A stretch of DNA of 64,000 nucleotides from Minisyncoccota bacterium. Lineage in GTDB: Bacteria > Patescibacteriota > Minisyncoccia > Phycocordibacterales > UBA6065. Shown here one piece after another: positions 17,327-26,294 of the stretch. A program made the position numbers and the translations under genes. Below the pieces are notes generated by a model. The model saw only the letters and a list, made by a program, of their open reading frames with translations, was not told the DNA's origin and searched no databases. The stretch is taken from NCBI GenBank assembly GCA_041661645.1, contig JBAZUA010000005.1, positions 14,829-78,828 of the forward strand, given 5' to 3'. Position 1 is the first letter of the stretch; the number at the start of each line of letters is the position of its first letter.

Positions 17327-20155
17327 ATGAAGCAGTACGATCACAGGAAAATAGAAGGGAAGTGGCAGGAGGAGTGGGAGAAGGCCGACATATATGCGGC
17401 CAATGACGCGAGCGACAAGAAGAAGTTCTACCCGCTCGTCGAGTTTCCCTTCCCATCAGGCTCGGGCCTCCACACGGGCCATATCCGCAGCTATACCGCC
17501 ATGGACATCGTCGCCCGCAAGCATCGCATGCAGGGCGAGAACGTCCTCTATCCCATAGGATGGGATGCCTTTGGCCTGCCCACCGAGAACTATGCCATCA
17601 AGACGGGCCGTCAGCCCAAGGACGTGACCAAGGAGAATACCGACAATTTCCGCAGGCAGCTCAAATCGCTCGGCCTCTCCTTTGACTGGTCGCGCGAGGT
17701 GAACACCACCGACCCCGAATATTTCAAGTGGACTCAGTGGATTTTCCTCAAGATGTACGAGAAGGGCCTGGCGTACAAGGCCAAGATTGCAATAAACTGG
17801 TGTCCCAAGGACAAGATCGGCCTGGCGAACGAGGAGGTGGTCAACGGCTGCTGCGAGCGCTGTGGCACGCCTGTCGAGCAGCGCGAGAAGGAGCAGTGGA
17901 TGCTTGCCATCACCAAATACGCGGATCGCCTTTATGACGATCTCGACGGCGTGGATTACCTCGAGCGCATCAAGATTCAGCAAAGGAATTGGATCGGCCG
18001 CTCCGAGGGCGCAGAGATAAGTTTCCCCGTAAAGGATTCTAAAGAAAATATACAGGTGTTCACGACTCGTCCCGACACCCTGTTCGGCGTCACCTACGTC
18101 GTGCTCGCCCCTGAACACCCGCTTGTCTCGAGGCTTTCTGCCGCGAATCGGGACGCTGTCGATTCCTACGTCTCGTCTGCGTCGAAGAAGGACGAGATAG
18201 AGAGAACGGACGCGAAGAAGGAGAAGACGGGTGTTCGACTCGAGGGGGTCGTTGCCGTGAATCCTGCAAATGGCGTGGAAGTGCCGGTGTTCGTCGCCGA
18301 TTACGTGCTCGCCCAATACGGAACGGGTGCCGTCATGGCGGTCCCGGCACATGATGAGCGTGATCTGAGTTTTGCCAAGAAATACGATCTGCCGATTCGT
18401 CTCGTCATCGAGCCCCTCTTCGTAAAGACGGATGGGGTTGATGCCGTCAGGAGCGACAAGCCCTTCGTGGAGCGAACCGCGGCACTCTGCATCGTAAAGC
18501 ACTGGTCAGAGGATACGTATCTCTGCTCGAAATGGAAATCGAATGACTGGCAGGGTTTCATCACGGGCGGCGTCGAGGATGGCGAGAGCGTGGCCCTTGC
18601 CGCGGAAAGGGAGATTGCCGAAGAGACTGGCTACAAGAGCGCGAAATACGTCCGAACCTGCGGCAGGCTCCATTCCCAGTTCTATCATGGGGTGAAGGGC
18701 GTCAACAGGTTCGCTCATTTTGACGTCGTATATCTCGAACTCCAGGATGGCGATGTTGCCGAAATGGCCCAGGAGGAAAAGGATCTCCATGACGTGCATT
18801 GGGTCTCAAGGTCTGATGTGAGGAATTTCGTCAATCGTGAGGATATGAAAACCGCGTGGGATATGTTTTCTGGAAGCCAATGCCTCACGGGCGATGGCAT
18901 CCTCGCCAACTCGGGCGCATTCGACGGATTGGATTCCGAGGGTGCCCGTAGGAAGATAACCGATGCGGTAGGGGGGTCGTGGGTCAAGAAGTTCAAGCTC
19001 CGCGACTGGGTGTTCTCCCGTCAGCGCTATTGGGGCGAGCCGATGCCGATGATTTACTGTGCGCGGTGCGGCTGGGTTCCCGTGCCTGAAAAGGATCTGC
19101 CTGTCGAATTGCCTGCTGTACAGAAATACGAGCCGACGGATACCGGTGAATCCCCGCTCGCGGCCATCGACGAATGGGTCAACGTCAAATGCCCGAACTG
19201 CTCCGGTCCCGCCCGTCGCGAGACTGACACCATGCCTAACTGGGCAGGCTCTTCGTGGTACTTCCTTCGATATGTCGATCCAAAGAACAAGGAAGTGTTC
19301 GCCGATCCGAAGAAGCTGTCCCTGTGGACCCCCATCGATTGGTACAACGGCGGCATGGAGCACACCACTCTTCACCTCCTCTACTCGCGCTTCTGGCACA
19401 AATTCCTTTTTGACCTTGGCCTCGTCCCCACGAGCGAGCCTTATCTGAAGCGAACCTCGCATGGCATGATTCTGGCCGAGGGCGGCGAGAAGATGTCCAA
19501 GTCTAGGGGCAATGTCATCAATCCCGATGACCTGGTGGACACCTATGGGGCGGACACTCTCCGCGTGTACGAGATGTTCATGGGTCCTTTCGATCAGGCA
19601 ATCTCGTGGGACGGCAGGGGCCTCATCGGACCGCGTCGATTCATCGAGCGTGTCTACTCGCTCGCTCAAGAGGTATCGGGTGAAAGCCTGGGCAGAGAGG
19701 CCGACGTCCTGCTCCAGAAGACCGTGCAGAAGGTCTCTGTCGACATCGAGTCGATGGGCTTCAACACCGCCATATCGGCCCTCATGATACTAGCCAATAA
19801 GCTGGGTGACGAGGCGAACGTGCCCAAGGAGCCTTTCTCAACCTTCCTCCGGCTCCTCGCGCCCTTCGCCCCCCATGTCGCCGAGGAGCTCTGGCACGAT
19901 CTGGGCAATAAGGATTCCATACACATGGCCCCATGGCCGGTCGCCGACCAGTCAAAGCTCGCGGAAGAGGAGTCGACCATCGCCGTGCAGATAAACGGCA
20001 AGGTACGAGCCACCTTTAAGGCATCGAAGGCCGCCACGAAGGATGATCTGGAGGGGGCGGCTTTCAGTCTGGACGAAGTGAAGAAGTGGGTGGGGGAGAA
20101 TAATCCGAAAAAGGTCATCGTGGTGCCGGGCCGGCTCGTGTCGATCGTCATCTGA
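17327..20155 (+). CDS. leuS: Leucyl-tRNA synthetase carrying a Nudix-box insertion of about 150 aa
   Basis: HIGH motif (SGSGLHTGH), KMSKS (KMSKSRGN) and editing-domain motifs TTRPDT and AVPAHDERD. Between IRLVIEP and LTGDGILANSG lies GGVEDGESVALAAEREIAEETGY, a perfect Nudix box (GX5EX7REUXEEXGU). Confidence 0.9.
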   Translation: MKQYDHRKIEGKWQEEWEKADIYAANDASDKKKFYPLVEFPFPSGSGLHTGHIRSYTAMDIVARKHRMQGENVLYPIGWDAFGLPTENYAIKTGRQPKDVTKENTDNFRRQLKSLGLSFDWSREVNTTDPEYFKWTQWIFLKMYEKGLAYKAKIAINWCPKDKIGLANEEVVNGCCERCGTPVEQREKEQWMLAITKYADRLYDDLDGVDYLERIKIQQRNWIGRSEGAEISFPVKDSKENIQVFTTRPDTLFGVTYVVLAPEHPLVSRLSAANRDAVDSYVSSASKKDEIERTDAKKEKTGVRLEGVVAVNPANGVEVPVFVADYVLAQYGTGAVMAVPAHDERDLSFAKKYDLPIRLVIEPLFVKTDGVDAVRSDKPFVERTAALCIVKHWSEDTYLCSKWKSNDWQGFITGGVEDGESVALAAEREIAEETGYKSAKYVRTCGRLHSQFYHGVKGVNRFAHFDVVYLELQDGDVAEMAQEEKDLHDVHWVSRSDVRNFVNREDMKTAWDMFSGSQCLTGDGILANSGAFDGLDSEGARRKITDAVGGSWVKKFKLRDWVFSRQRYWGEPMPMIYCARCGWVPVPEKDLPVELPAVQKYEPTDTGESPLAAIDEWVNVKCPNCSGPARRETDTMPNWAGSSWYFLRYVDPKNKEVFADPKKLSLWTPIDWYNGGMEHTTLHLLYSRFWHKFLFDLGLVPTSEPYLKRTSHGMILAEGGEKMSKSRGNVINPDDLVDTYGADTLRVYEMFMGPFDQAISWDGRGLIGPRRFIERVYSLAQEVSGESLGREADVLLQKTVQKVSVDIESMGFNTAISALMILANKLGDEANVPKEPFSTFLRLLAPFAPHVAEELWHDLGNKDSIHMAPWPVADQSKLAEEESTIAVQINGKVRATFKASKAATKDDLEGAAFSLDEVKKWVGENNPKKVIVVPGRLVSIVI

Positions 20156-20188
20156 CCCTCCGAAAGCCCCAAAACATTGACAGACCCC

Positions 20189-20217
20189 TTGACAGTCCGC
20201 AAAGCTTGACTTAACAT
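20189..20217 (+). promoter_or_regulatory. Candidate promoter: TTGACA, 17-nt spacer, TAACAT, within a triple TTGAC repeat
   Basis: TTGACA at 20177 and 20189, and TTGACT at 20206. Confidence 0.35.
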
Positions 20218-20241
20218 GGAACCAATGATAAAAAGATAAAT

Positions 20242-21270
20242 ATGAATTCCCTTACGATCAAACCAAAACAAGTCGTCAAAGCTCTTTTGAAGAGCCTTCC
20301 CGACAGGGCTCAGGAAGTCATCGTCAAACGATACGGCCTTGGCAAGGAAATCGAGAAGATGACCCTTGAAGCCATTGGAAAGTCGTATGGAATTACCCGC
20401 GAGCGAGTTCGACAGATAGAGAACTACGCTATCGCCAACATCCAGAAGTCCAAGGAGTACGAGGCCCAGGCGCCCGCCTTCAAGGAGCTTGAGAACATGA
20501 TCAACACCATGGGCGGAGTCATCGCCGAGGAGGATCTTCTCGATGCCGTGTCAAAGGACGCCAGCACCCAGAACCATTTCTACTTCCTTCTCGTTCTCGG
20601 ACGAACCTTCAAGTGGCAGAAGGAGGATGAGCACTTCAAGCACAGGTGGCACATTGACGACAATCATTCGAAGAAGATCGAGGATGCCCTCCGCAAGCTC
20701 TACAAGAACCTCAAGGATGACGATATCATCCCCGAGTCAGAGATGATCGATACGTTCCTCAACCACATCGAGGACATGAACGATCAGTACAGGAACAACG
20801 AGATCCTCAAGCGATGGCTCTCGGTGTCGAAGAAGGTCGGCAAGAATCCGCTCGGCGAGTGGGGCGTCGCAAGCTCATCGAACATCAAGGCAAAGGGCAT
20901 GCGAGACTATGCCTTCCTCGTCATTCGCAAGCATGGTTCGCCAATCCACTTCCGCGAGGTCGACAAGCAGATCCAAAAGATGTTCGGCAAGACCGCCCAT
21001 GTCGCCACGACTCACAACGAGCTCATCAAGGACCCTCGCTTCGTGCTCGTCGGACGCGGACTCTATGCGCTCTCCGAGTGGGGCTATATGTCAGGCGTGG
21101 TAAAGGATGTCATCCGAAACATCATTGAGAAGAGCGGTCCCCTCACCAAGAAGGAGGTCATCGACAAGGTTCTCAAGGAGCGCTATGTTAAGGAGAACAC
21201 CATACTCGTCAATCTCCAGAACCCTAAATATTTCAAGAAGGACAAAGAGGGGAAGTATTCGATAGCATAA
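20242..21270 (+). CDS. Sigma-70 region-4-like HTH domain protein with a C-terminal domain of unknown function
   Basis: MTLEAIGKSYGITRERVRQIENYAIANI resembles the sigma factor region 4 HTH. No sigma regions 2 or 3 are present. Confidence 0.45.
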   Translation: MNSLTIKPKQVVKALLKSLPDRAQEVIVKRYGLGKEIEKMTLEAIGKSYGITRERVRQIENYAIANIQKSKEYEAQAPAFKELENMINTMGGVIAEEDLLDAVSKDASTQNHFYFLLVLGRTFKWQKEDEHFKHRWHIDDNHSKKIEDALRKLYKNLKDDDIIPESEMIDTFLNHIEDMNDQYRNNEILKRWLSVSKKVGKNPLGEWGVASSSNIKAKGMRDYAFLVIRKHGSPIHFREVDKQIQKMFGKTAHVATTHNELIKDPRFVLVGRGLYALSEWGYMSGVVKDVIRNIIEKSGPLTKKEVIDKVLKERYVKENTILVNLQNPKYFKKDKEGKYSIA

Positions 21271-21271
21271 G

Positions 21272-21306
21272 ATAAAAATCCCGAGTTCTGCTCGGGATTT
21301 TTATTT
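21272..21306 (+). terminator. Rho-independent terminator: AAAATCCCGAG/CTCGGGATTTT
   Basis: Perfect 11-bp stem, 5-nt loop and a T-run. Confidence 0.6.
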
Positions 21307-21320
21307 GATATACTATTCCC

Positions 21321-22556
21321 GTGACCTACATAATCTCTCTTCTCGACTTCGCCCTGACGATCGCCCTGCCTAGCGTAGTCACCTGGCTTTTCTTCTTTGC
21401 GGGGGTTTGGGTGCCGATCATTTTCTTCGAGTGGGCCTGGGGCATGTGGGTTCGCTATGTCAGGTATGCTTGGTACATGAAGGAGCCAAAAATCCTGCTC
21501 GAGATAAAGCTCCCCGCCGAGACCATGAAGTCCCCACTCGCCATGGAGCTGGTGCTCACGGGCCTCTATCAGACGAGCGGCGAGGGAACCCCTATCGATC
21601 GCTATTGGCTGGGCAAGGCAAGACCCTGGTTCTCTCTCGAGATCGCCTCAGTTGACGGCGAGATACATTTCTACATTTGGACTTTCAAGAGCCAGCAGTC
21701 GATCGTCGAGGCAAATATTTATGCCCAGTATCCAGACGTCGAGATACACGAGGCCAAGGACTACACTGAGGCCGTGTTCTTCGATCCGGCGAAATACGAC
21801 ATTATGGGATGTCGCTTTGAGGCAACCGGTCCCGATCCGCTGCCGATAAAGACCTATGTGGACTATGGCCTCGACAAGGATCCCGACGAGGAGTTCAAGG
21901 TTGATCCCATGGCCCCCCTTCTCGAGTTCATGGGTTCCATAAAGAAGGGCCATCAGGCCTGGGTTCAGATCGTCATACGCGCCCATACGGCAGAGAAGAC
22001 GCCGACGAACGAGAAGTATCCAGACCACTGGAAGGACGAGGCCAAGGAGCTCATCGAGGAGATCATGAAGGAGGGCGTCATCGAGAGCGAGGACGACGAG
22101 GAGCCCGCAAAGACGCCTCGCCTGACCTCGGGGCAGAAGGATCGCATCGAGGCCATCGAGCGCAGCGTCTCCAAGTACGCCTTCGACGCGGGCGTGCGAA
22201 TCATCTACATCGCGACCAAGGACATCTTCGACAAGGGAAACGGCGGGGGGCTCATGGGATCCCTCAAGCAGTTCAACGCGCCGCATCTGAATGGCTTCAA
22301 GCCGGCCGAGCCGATGTCGTTTGACTACAAGTGGCAGGACTGGACGGGCAGGAAGCTCCTCAAGCGAAAGATCGAGCATTTCGGCGCGTATTGCTATCGC
22401 GGCTTCTTCCACTATCCGTTCATGAGCAAGCATACCGTCCTCAACACGGAGGAGCTCGCCACCATCTACCACTTCCCAGGCAGTGCCGTCAGGACGCCGA
22501 ACCTCAAGCGCATTCCTTCCAAGCGCGCCGACGCCCCTTCGAACCTTCCCGTATAA
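21321..22556 (+). CDS. Hypothetical membrane-anchored protein (411 aa)
   Basis: N-terminal TM helices followed by a large soluble domain with no recognised motif. Confidence 0.4.
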   Translation: MTYIISLLDFALTIALPSVVTWLFFFAGVWVPIIFFEWAWGMWVRYVRYAWYMKEPKILLEIKLPAETMKSPLAMELVLTGLYQTSGEGTPIDRYWLGKARPWFSLEIASVDGEIHFYIWTFKSQQSIVEANIYAQYPDVEIHEAKDYTEAVFFDPAKYDIMGCRFEATGPDPLPIKTYVDYGLDKDPDEEFKVDPMAPLLEFMGSIKKGHQAWVQIVIRAHTAEKTPTNEKYPDHWKDEAKELIEEIMKEGVIESEDDEEPAKTPRLTSGQKDRIEAIERSVSKYAFDAGVRIIYIATKDIFDKGNGGGLMGSLKQFNAPHLNGFKPAEPMSFDYKWQDWTGRKLLKRKIEHFGAYCYRGFFHYPFMSKHTVLNTEELATIYHFPGSAVRTPNLKRIPSKRADAPSNLPV

Positions 22557-22561
22557 CCTTC

Positions 22562-23593
22562 ATGGAAGAACCCTTGCTTTACATACAGGAGCCGACGCCC
22601 CTGCCGCAGCTCCCGGCCCCCAAGTGGTGGCACCGGTTCTATGCCGTTCGCCGTTCCGCGCTCGCGGGGACACTCCTCGCCCTCGTGTTCATGCTCGACT
22701 TCGGTTTCATCGCTTCGGCCCCAAAGGCATTTCCCGTCGACACCGTATTCTCCGTCGCGGCGGGAGAGACTCTCTCGGGCGCGGCGGCGACGCTCCAGTC
22801 GCACGGCCTCATACGCTCCGCGTTCCTCTTCAAGGCCCTTCTCACCGTCTTCGGCGGCAGTACCAGGGGCCTCGTGGCCGGCGACTATTATATGCCTATC
22901 CGAGAGGGTGCCGTCGGCATCGCCTGGAGGCTTTCGCACGGGCAGTATGACCTTCAGAAAAATCGGGTGACCATACCCGAGGGCTTCAGCTCGGTGGACA
23001 TCGCGGCTCGTCTGGCCGCAAGGTTCAATACGTTCAACTCTAAGGAGTTCCTAAGACTCGCCCGGCCGTACGAGGGATATCTTTTTCCCGACACCTATTT
23101 CTTTCTCTCGAATGTCACCGCGGCAGAGGTCGTCAAAGCAATGACCGACAACTATCAGGGCAGGATACAGGGGCTTGCACTTCAGATAGAGGCCTTCGGC
23201 AAGCCAATCAAGGACGTCATCACCATGGCATCGATAGTCGAGGACGAGGCACGCACCGACGAGTCCCGTCGCATGATTGCGGGCATTCTCTGGAAGCGCC
23301 TGAAGATAGGGATGCCCCTTCAGGTGGATGCCGCCTTTGCCTTCGTGAACGGCAAGAAATCGAGCGCTGATCTGACCCTTGATGACCTGGCCATTGATTC
23401 GCCTTACAATACATATAAGAACAGAGGCTTGCCGCCGGGGCCCATATCGAATCCGGGCCTCGCCGCCATCGAGGCAACCGTGAGCCCGACCCCATCCGAA
23501 TATTTCTATTATTTGAGCGACAAGGACGGAGTGATGCACTATGCGGTGACGAATGACGAGCACGTGGCGAACAAGGACAGATATCTCAGATAA
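22562..23593 (+). CDS. mltG: Endolytic murein transglycosylase MltG (YceG-like)
   Basis: N-terminal TM helix and the YceG signature GLPPGPISNPG. The start was set at MEEPLLYI (22562). The ORF-track start overlaps the previous gene. Confidence 0.75.
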   Translation: MEEPLLYIQEPTPLPQLPAPKWWHRFYAVRRSALAGTLLALVFMLDFGFIASAPKAFPVDTVFSVAAGETLSGAAATLQSHGLIRSAFLFKALLTVFGGSTRGLVAGDYYMPIREGAVGIAWRLSHGQYDLQKNRVTIPEGFSSVDIAARLAARFNTFNSKEFLRLARPYEGYLFPDTYFFLSNVTAAEVVKAMTDNYQGRIQGLALQIEAFGKPIKDVITMASIVEDEARTDESRRMIAGILWKRLKIGMPLQVDAAFAFVNGKKSSADLTLDDLAIDSPYNTYKNRGLPPGPISNPGLAAIEATVSPTPSEYFYYLSDKDGVMHYAVTNDEHVANKDRYLR

Positions 23594-23632
23594 GATGTTG
23601 AGGAAGGATTTTTCCCATGGTATCGTTGCGCC

Positions 23633-24727
23633 ATGGAAGGTCAAACTAACCCCATCGGCAAAAAAGTCTTCGTCGGCATGTCCGGCGGCGTGGATTCGTC
23701 GGTCTCGGCCGCACTCCTCAGGGAGCGTGGCTTTGACGTGACGGGTGTCTTCATCAAGGTCTGGCAGCCGGATTGGATGGAATGCACCTGGAGGGAGGAT
23801 CGTCTCGATGCCATGCGCGTAGCCGCTGTCCTCGACATCCCTTTTGTCACCCTCGACCTCGAGAAGGAGTACAAAAGGGAGGTGGTCGACGACATGATCG
23901 CTCAATACAAGGCGGGAAGAACCCCGAACCCCGATGTCCTGTGCAATCGTCACGTGAAGTTCGGCGGGTTCTTTGACTGGGCCATGGCCCAGGGCGCCGA
24001 TTTTGTCGCCACGGGGCATTATGCCCAGGTTCAGGGTGGTGACGCTGTCTCGGGCGCGGTACGGCTGCTTTCTGGCAGGGACTCGGGCAAGGACCAATCT
24101 TATTTTCTCTGGCAGCTTTCAGCCAAGGTCCTTGCGAGGACGCTCTTTCCCGTGGGTGGGATGGAAAAGGCGGAGGTGCGCAGGCTTGCCGTAAAATTCG
24201 ATCTGCCCAATGCCGCAAAGAGGGATAGCCAAGGCCTCTGCTTCGTTGGCAGGGTGGACATGAAGGAGTTTCTCGGCCATTACATAGCGGCCCGCAAGGG
24301 AGGCGTTCTCGATGACTGTGGGGAGGTCATCGGCGAGCATGACGGAGCGATCTTTCTGACCCTCGGCGAACGACGGGGCTTTTCGGTCACGAGGAAGACG
24401 GCGACCGATGCGCCCTATTATGTCACCGCTCGCGATATCGATAAAAACACCGTCACCGTTTCGCATAAGGCCGTGGACGGAAGCCTTCCTGTCGAAAAAA
24501 AGGAAGTCGTCGTAGATGGCCTCAATTGGATAGGGGAGATGCCTGAAATCGACAAACCCTACACCGCCCGCATCCGCCATCTCGGCGAGCTCTTGTCGTG
24601 CGAATTAACCTCGATCAAGAAGGGTCGTGCTGAGCTCACCTTCACTCAGCCCTTGGTCATCTCACCCGGTCAGTCCGTGGTCATCTATAATGGCGAGATC
24701 TGCCTTGGCGGAGGCATTGCTTTATAG
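23633..24727 (+). CDS. mnmA: tRNA-specific 2-thiouridylase MnmA
   Basis: PP-loop GMSGGVDSS, with a conserved C-terminal domain. Confidence 0.85.
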   Translation: MEGQTNPIGKKVFVGMSGGVDSSVSAALLRERGFDVTGVFIKVWQPDWMECTWREDRLDAMRVAAVLDIPFVTLDLEKEYKREVVDDMIAQYKAGRTPNPDVLCNRHVKFGGFFDWAMAQGADFVATGHYAQVQGGDAVSGAVRLLSGRDSGKDQSYFLWQLSAKVLARTLFPVGGMEKAEVRRLAVKFDLPNAAKRDSQGLCFVGRVDMKEFLGHYIAARKGGVLDDCGEVIGEHDGAIFLTLGERRGFSVTRKTATDAPYYVTARDIDKNTVTVSHKAVDGSLPVEKKEVVVDGLNWIGEMPEIDKPYTARIRHLGELLSCELTSIKKGRAELTFTQPLVISPGQSVVIYNGEICLGGGIAL

Positions 24728-24745
24728 TGTAAACAGTGGTATAAT
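24717..24745 (+). promoter_or_regulatory. Promoter with extended -10: TTGCTT, 17-nt spacer, TGG-TATAAT, followed by the hairpin GTGGAAT/ATTCCAC
   Basis: The TGnTATAAT layout followed by a hairpin resembles the prophage late-promoter cassettes. Confidence 0.5.
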
Positions 24746-24817
24746 AGTCAGTGGAATAATTCCACGCTCAAACATCATATATCAGAGCGTTGTTTGGTTA
24801 GGAAATAAGGAGGTTCT

Positions 24818-25354
24818 ATGAAAAAAACGTCTTTAAAGACAAGCGCGTTCCTGAAGACCTTCAGGGGTGTTCCTGCCTGGGCATTGACTCCCGGCATGGC
24901 ACCAAAGGTCTTCAGGGCGCGGGACCATCAGCTCAGGCTTCTCTCGAGCAGCGTCTATTTTATCGGCTCGATTGGGTTCGTCAGCGTGCTCTATGCCACG
25001 GGAATGATTTCCTGGGGGCTCGCTATCGGTTTGGGTCTCGTCTTTCTCGTCGCCTTCTCCTTCATGACGCAGGAGGTGTTGGACGAGATACAGCTTGATG
25101 AAGCCGAGGCTGGGGAATATTCAAACTGGAAGATTTTCCTCTCCCTCCGTGGGGTTCCCGGGTTCAGTTCCTATAAGACGCCCGAGGATTTCAAAATGGG
25201 ATGCCGGATCCTTCTGACGGCCTTGGCAGCCCAGCCTGAGGGATATCTAAGGCGGCCCTTCCACCAGCGATATGCGATCATGCGTGAGCTCGGCTTTGTC
25301 GATGTCTCCAAGGATCAAATCGAGGAGCTTGCGAGAGCGATCGTTTCGGCGTAG
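24818..25354 (+). CDS. Hypothetical membrane protein (178 aa)
   Basis: AAGGAGG RBS and two TM helices. Confidence 0.45.
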   Translation: MKKTSLKTSAFLKTFRGVPAWALTPGMAPKVFRARDHQLRLLSSSVYFIGSIGFVSVLYATGMISWGLAIGLGLVFLVAFSFMTQEVLDEIQLDEAEAGEYSNWKIFLSLRGVPGFSSYKTPEDFKMGCRILLTALAAQPEGYLRRPFHQRYAIMRELGFVDVSKDQIEELARAIVSA

Positions 25355-25374
25355 GCCCAACGTTCGTTTACCCA

Positions 25375-25407
25375 AAGCCGCACCACACCAGGTGCGGCTT
25401 TTTTGTC
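25375..25407 (+). terminator. Rho-independent terminator: AGCCGCACC/GGTGCGGCT followed by T6
   Basis: Perfect stem, 7-nt loop and TTTTTT. Confidence 0.6.
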
Positions 25408-25435
25408 GGCGGTGTCGGTATGGTATGCTATTTCC

Positions 25436-26269
25436 ATGACTAACATAATGGTGGTAAAGCTTAATGGGAAGCTCGAGCCCTTCGACTCGACCAAGCTTAA
25501 CTCGTCTCTTCGAAGCGCGGGGGCGAGCGATGCGCAGGCGTCGGAGATAACCGCCCATATCGAGGGCGAGATCATCGACGGCATGTCGACGAGCGACATC
25601 TATCGCCACGCCTTCGACCTCCTTCACTCTTCGTCAAAGCCCCTCGCCGTCAGATATTCAATGAAGCGCGCCGTCTCAGAGCTCGGTCCCAACGGCTTTC
25701 CTTTCGAGAAGTTCGTGGCCGAGATATTCAAGGCCAAGGGATATGAGGCCGTCACCGATCAGGTCGTCTATGGCGCTTGCGTCGAGCACGAGATGGACGT
25801 GGTCGCCTGGAAGGATGAGGAGCTGCTCATGATCGAGGCGAAATTCCACAATGAGCCGGGCCTCAAATCAGATTTGAAGGTGGCGCTCTATGTGAAGGCC
25901 CGCTTCGACGATCTCAAGGACGAGCTCTTCGACTATGGCGGCAGGAAGAGAAGGCTCACCTCATGGTTTCTTGTCACCAACACCAAGTTCACCGATCATG
26001 CCATCCGCTATGCCCGCTGCAAGGGACTTTCCCTCATCGGCTGGAACTATCCCGAGAAGGGCAATCTCGAGGACCTCATCACTGAGGCGGGGCTTCATCC
26101 GCTGACCTGCCTCACGACCCTCTCCGTGGCCGAGAAGCAGTCTCTCATGTCTTTCGGAATCGTCCTGTGCAGGCAGGTGCGGGAGAACGAGGCACGACTC
26201 GAGCAACTTGGGGTCGCCAAGAAGAAGATCCCGGCCCTGTTCGAGGAGATCAGGGCCGTCTGCTCCTAA
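25436..26269 (+). CDS. ATP-cone domain fused to a PD-(D/E)xK (Mrr-like restriction endonuclease fold) domain
   Basis: The N-terminus (VVKLNGKLEPFDSTKL...DIYRHAFDLL) is ATP-cone-like. The central D..(D/E)xK motif is DVVAWKDEELLMIEAKF. The start is uncertain between 25436 and 25448. Confidence 0.5.
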   Translation: MTNIMVVKLNGKLEPFDSTKLNSSLRSAGASDAQASEITAHIEGEIIDGMSTSDIYRHAFDLLHSSSKPLAVRYSMKRAVSELGPNGFPFEKFVAEIFKAKGYEAVTDQVVYGACVEHEMDVVAWKDEELLMIEAKFHNEPGLKSDLKVALYVKARFDDLKDELFDYGGRKRRLTSWFLVTNTKFTDHAIRYARCKGLSLIGWNYPEKGNLEDLITEAGLHPLTCLTTLSVAEKQSLMSFGIVLCRQVRENEARLEQLGVAKKKIPALFEEIRAVCS

Positions 26270-26294
26270 TTTTCGTATCGCAAATCCTCACCCA

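Noticed and set aside
17456-18502. 348-aa minus-strand ORF (and 18806..19669)
   Set aside because: It is antisense to leuS, which carries unambiguous HIGH and KMSKS motifs.
23051-24097. 348-aa minus-strand ORF
   Set aside because: It is antisense to mltG and mnmA.
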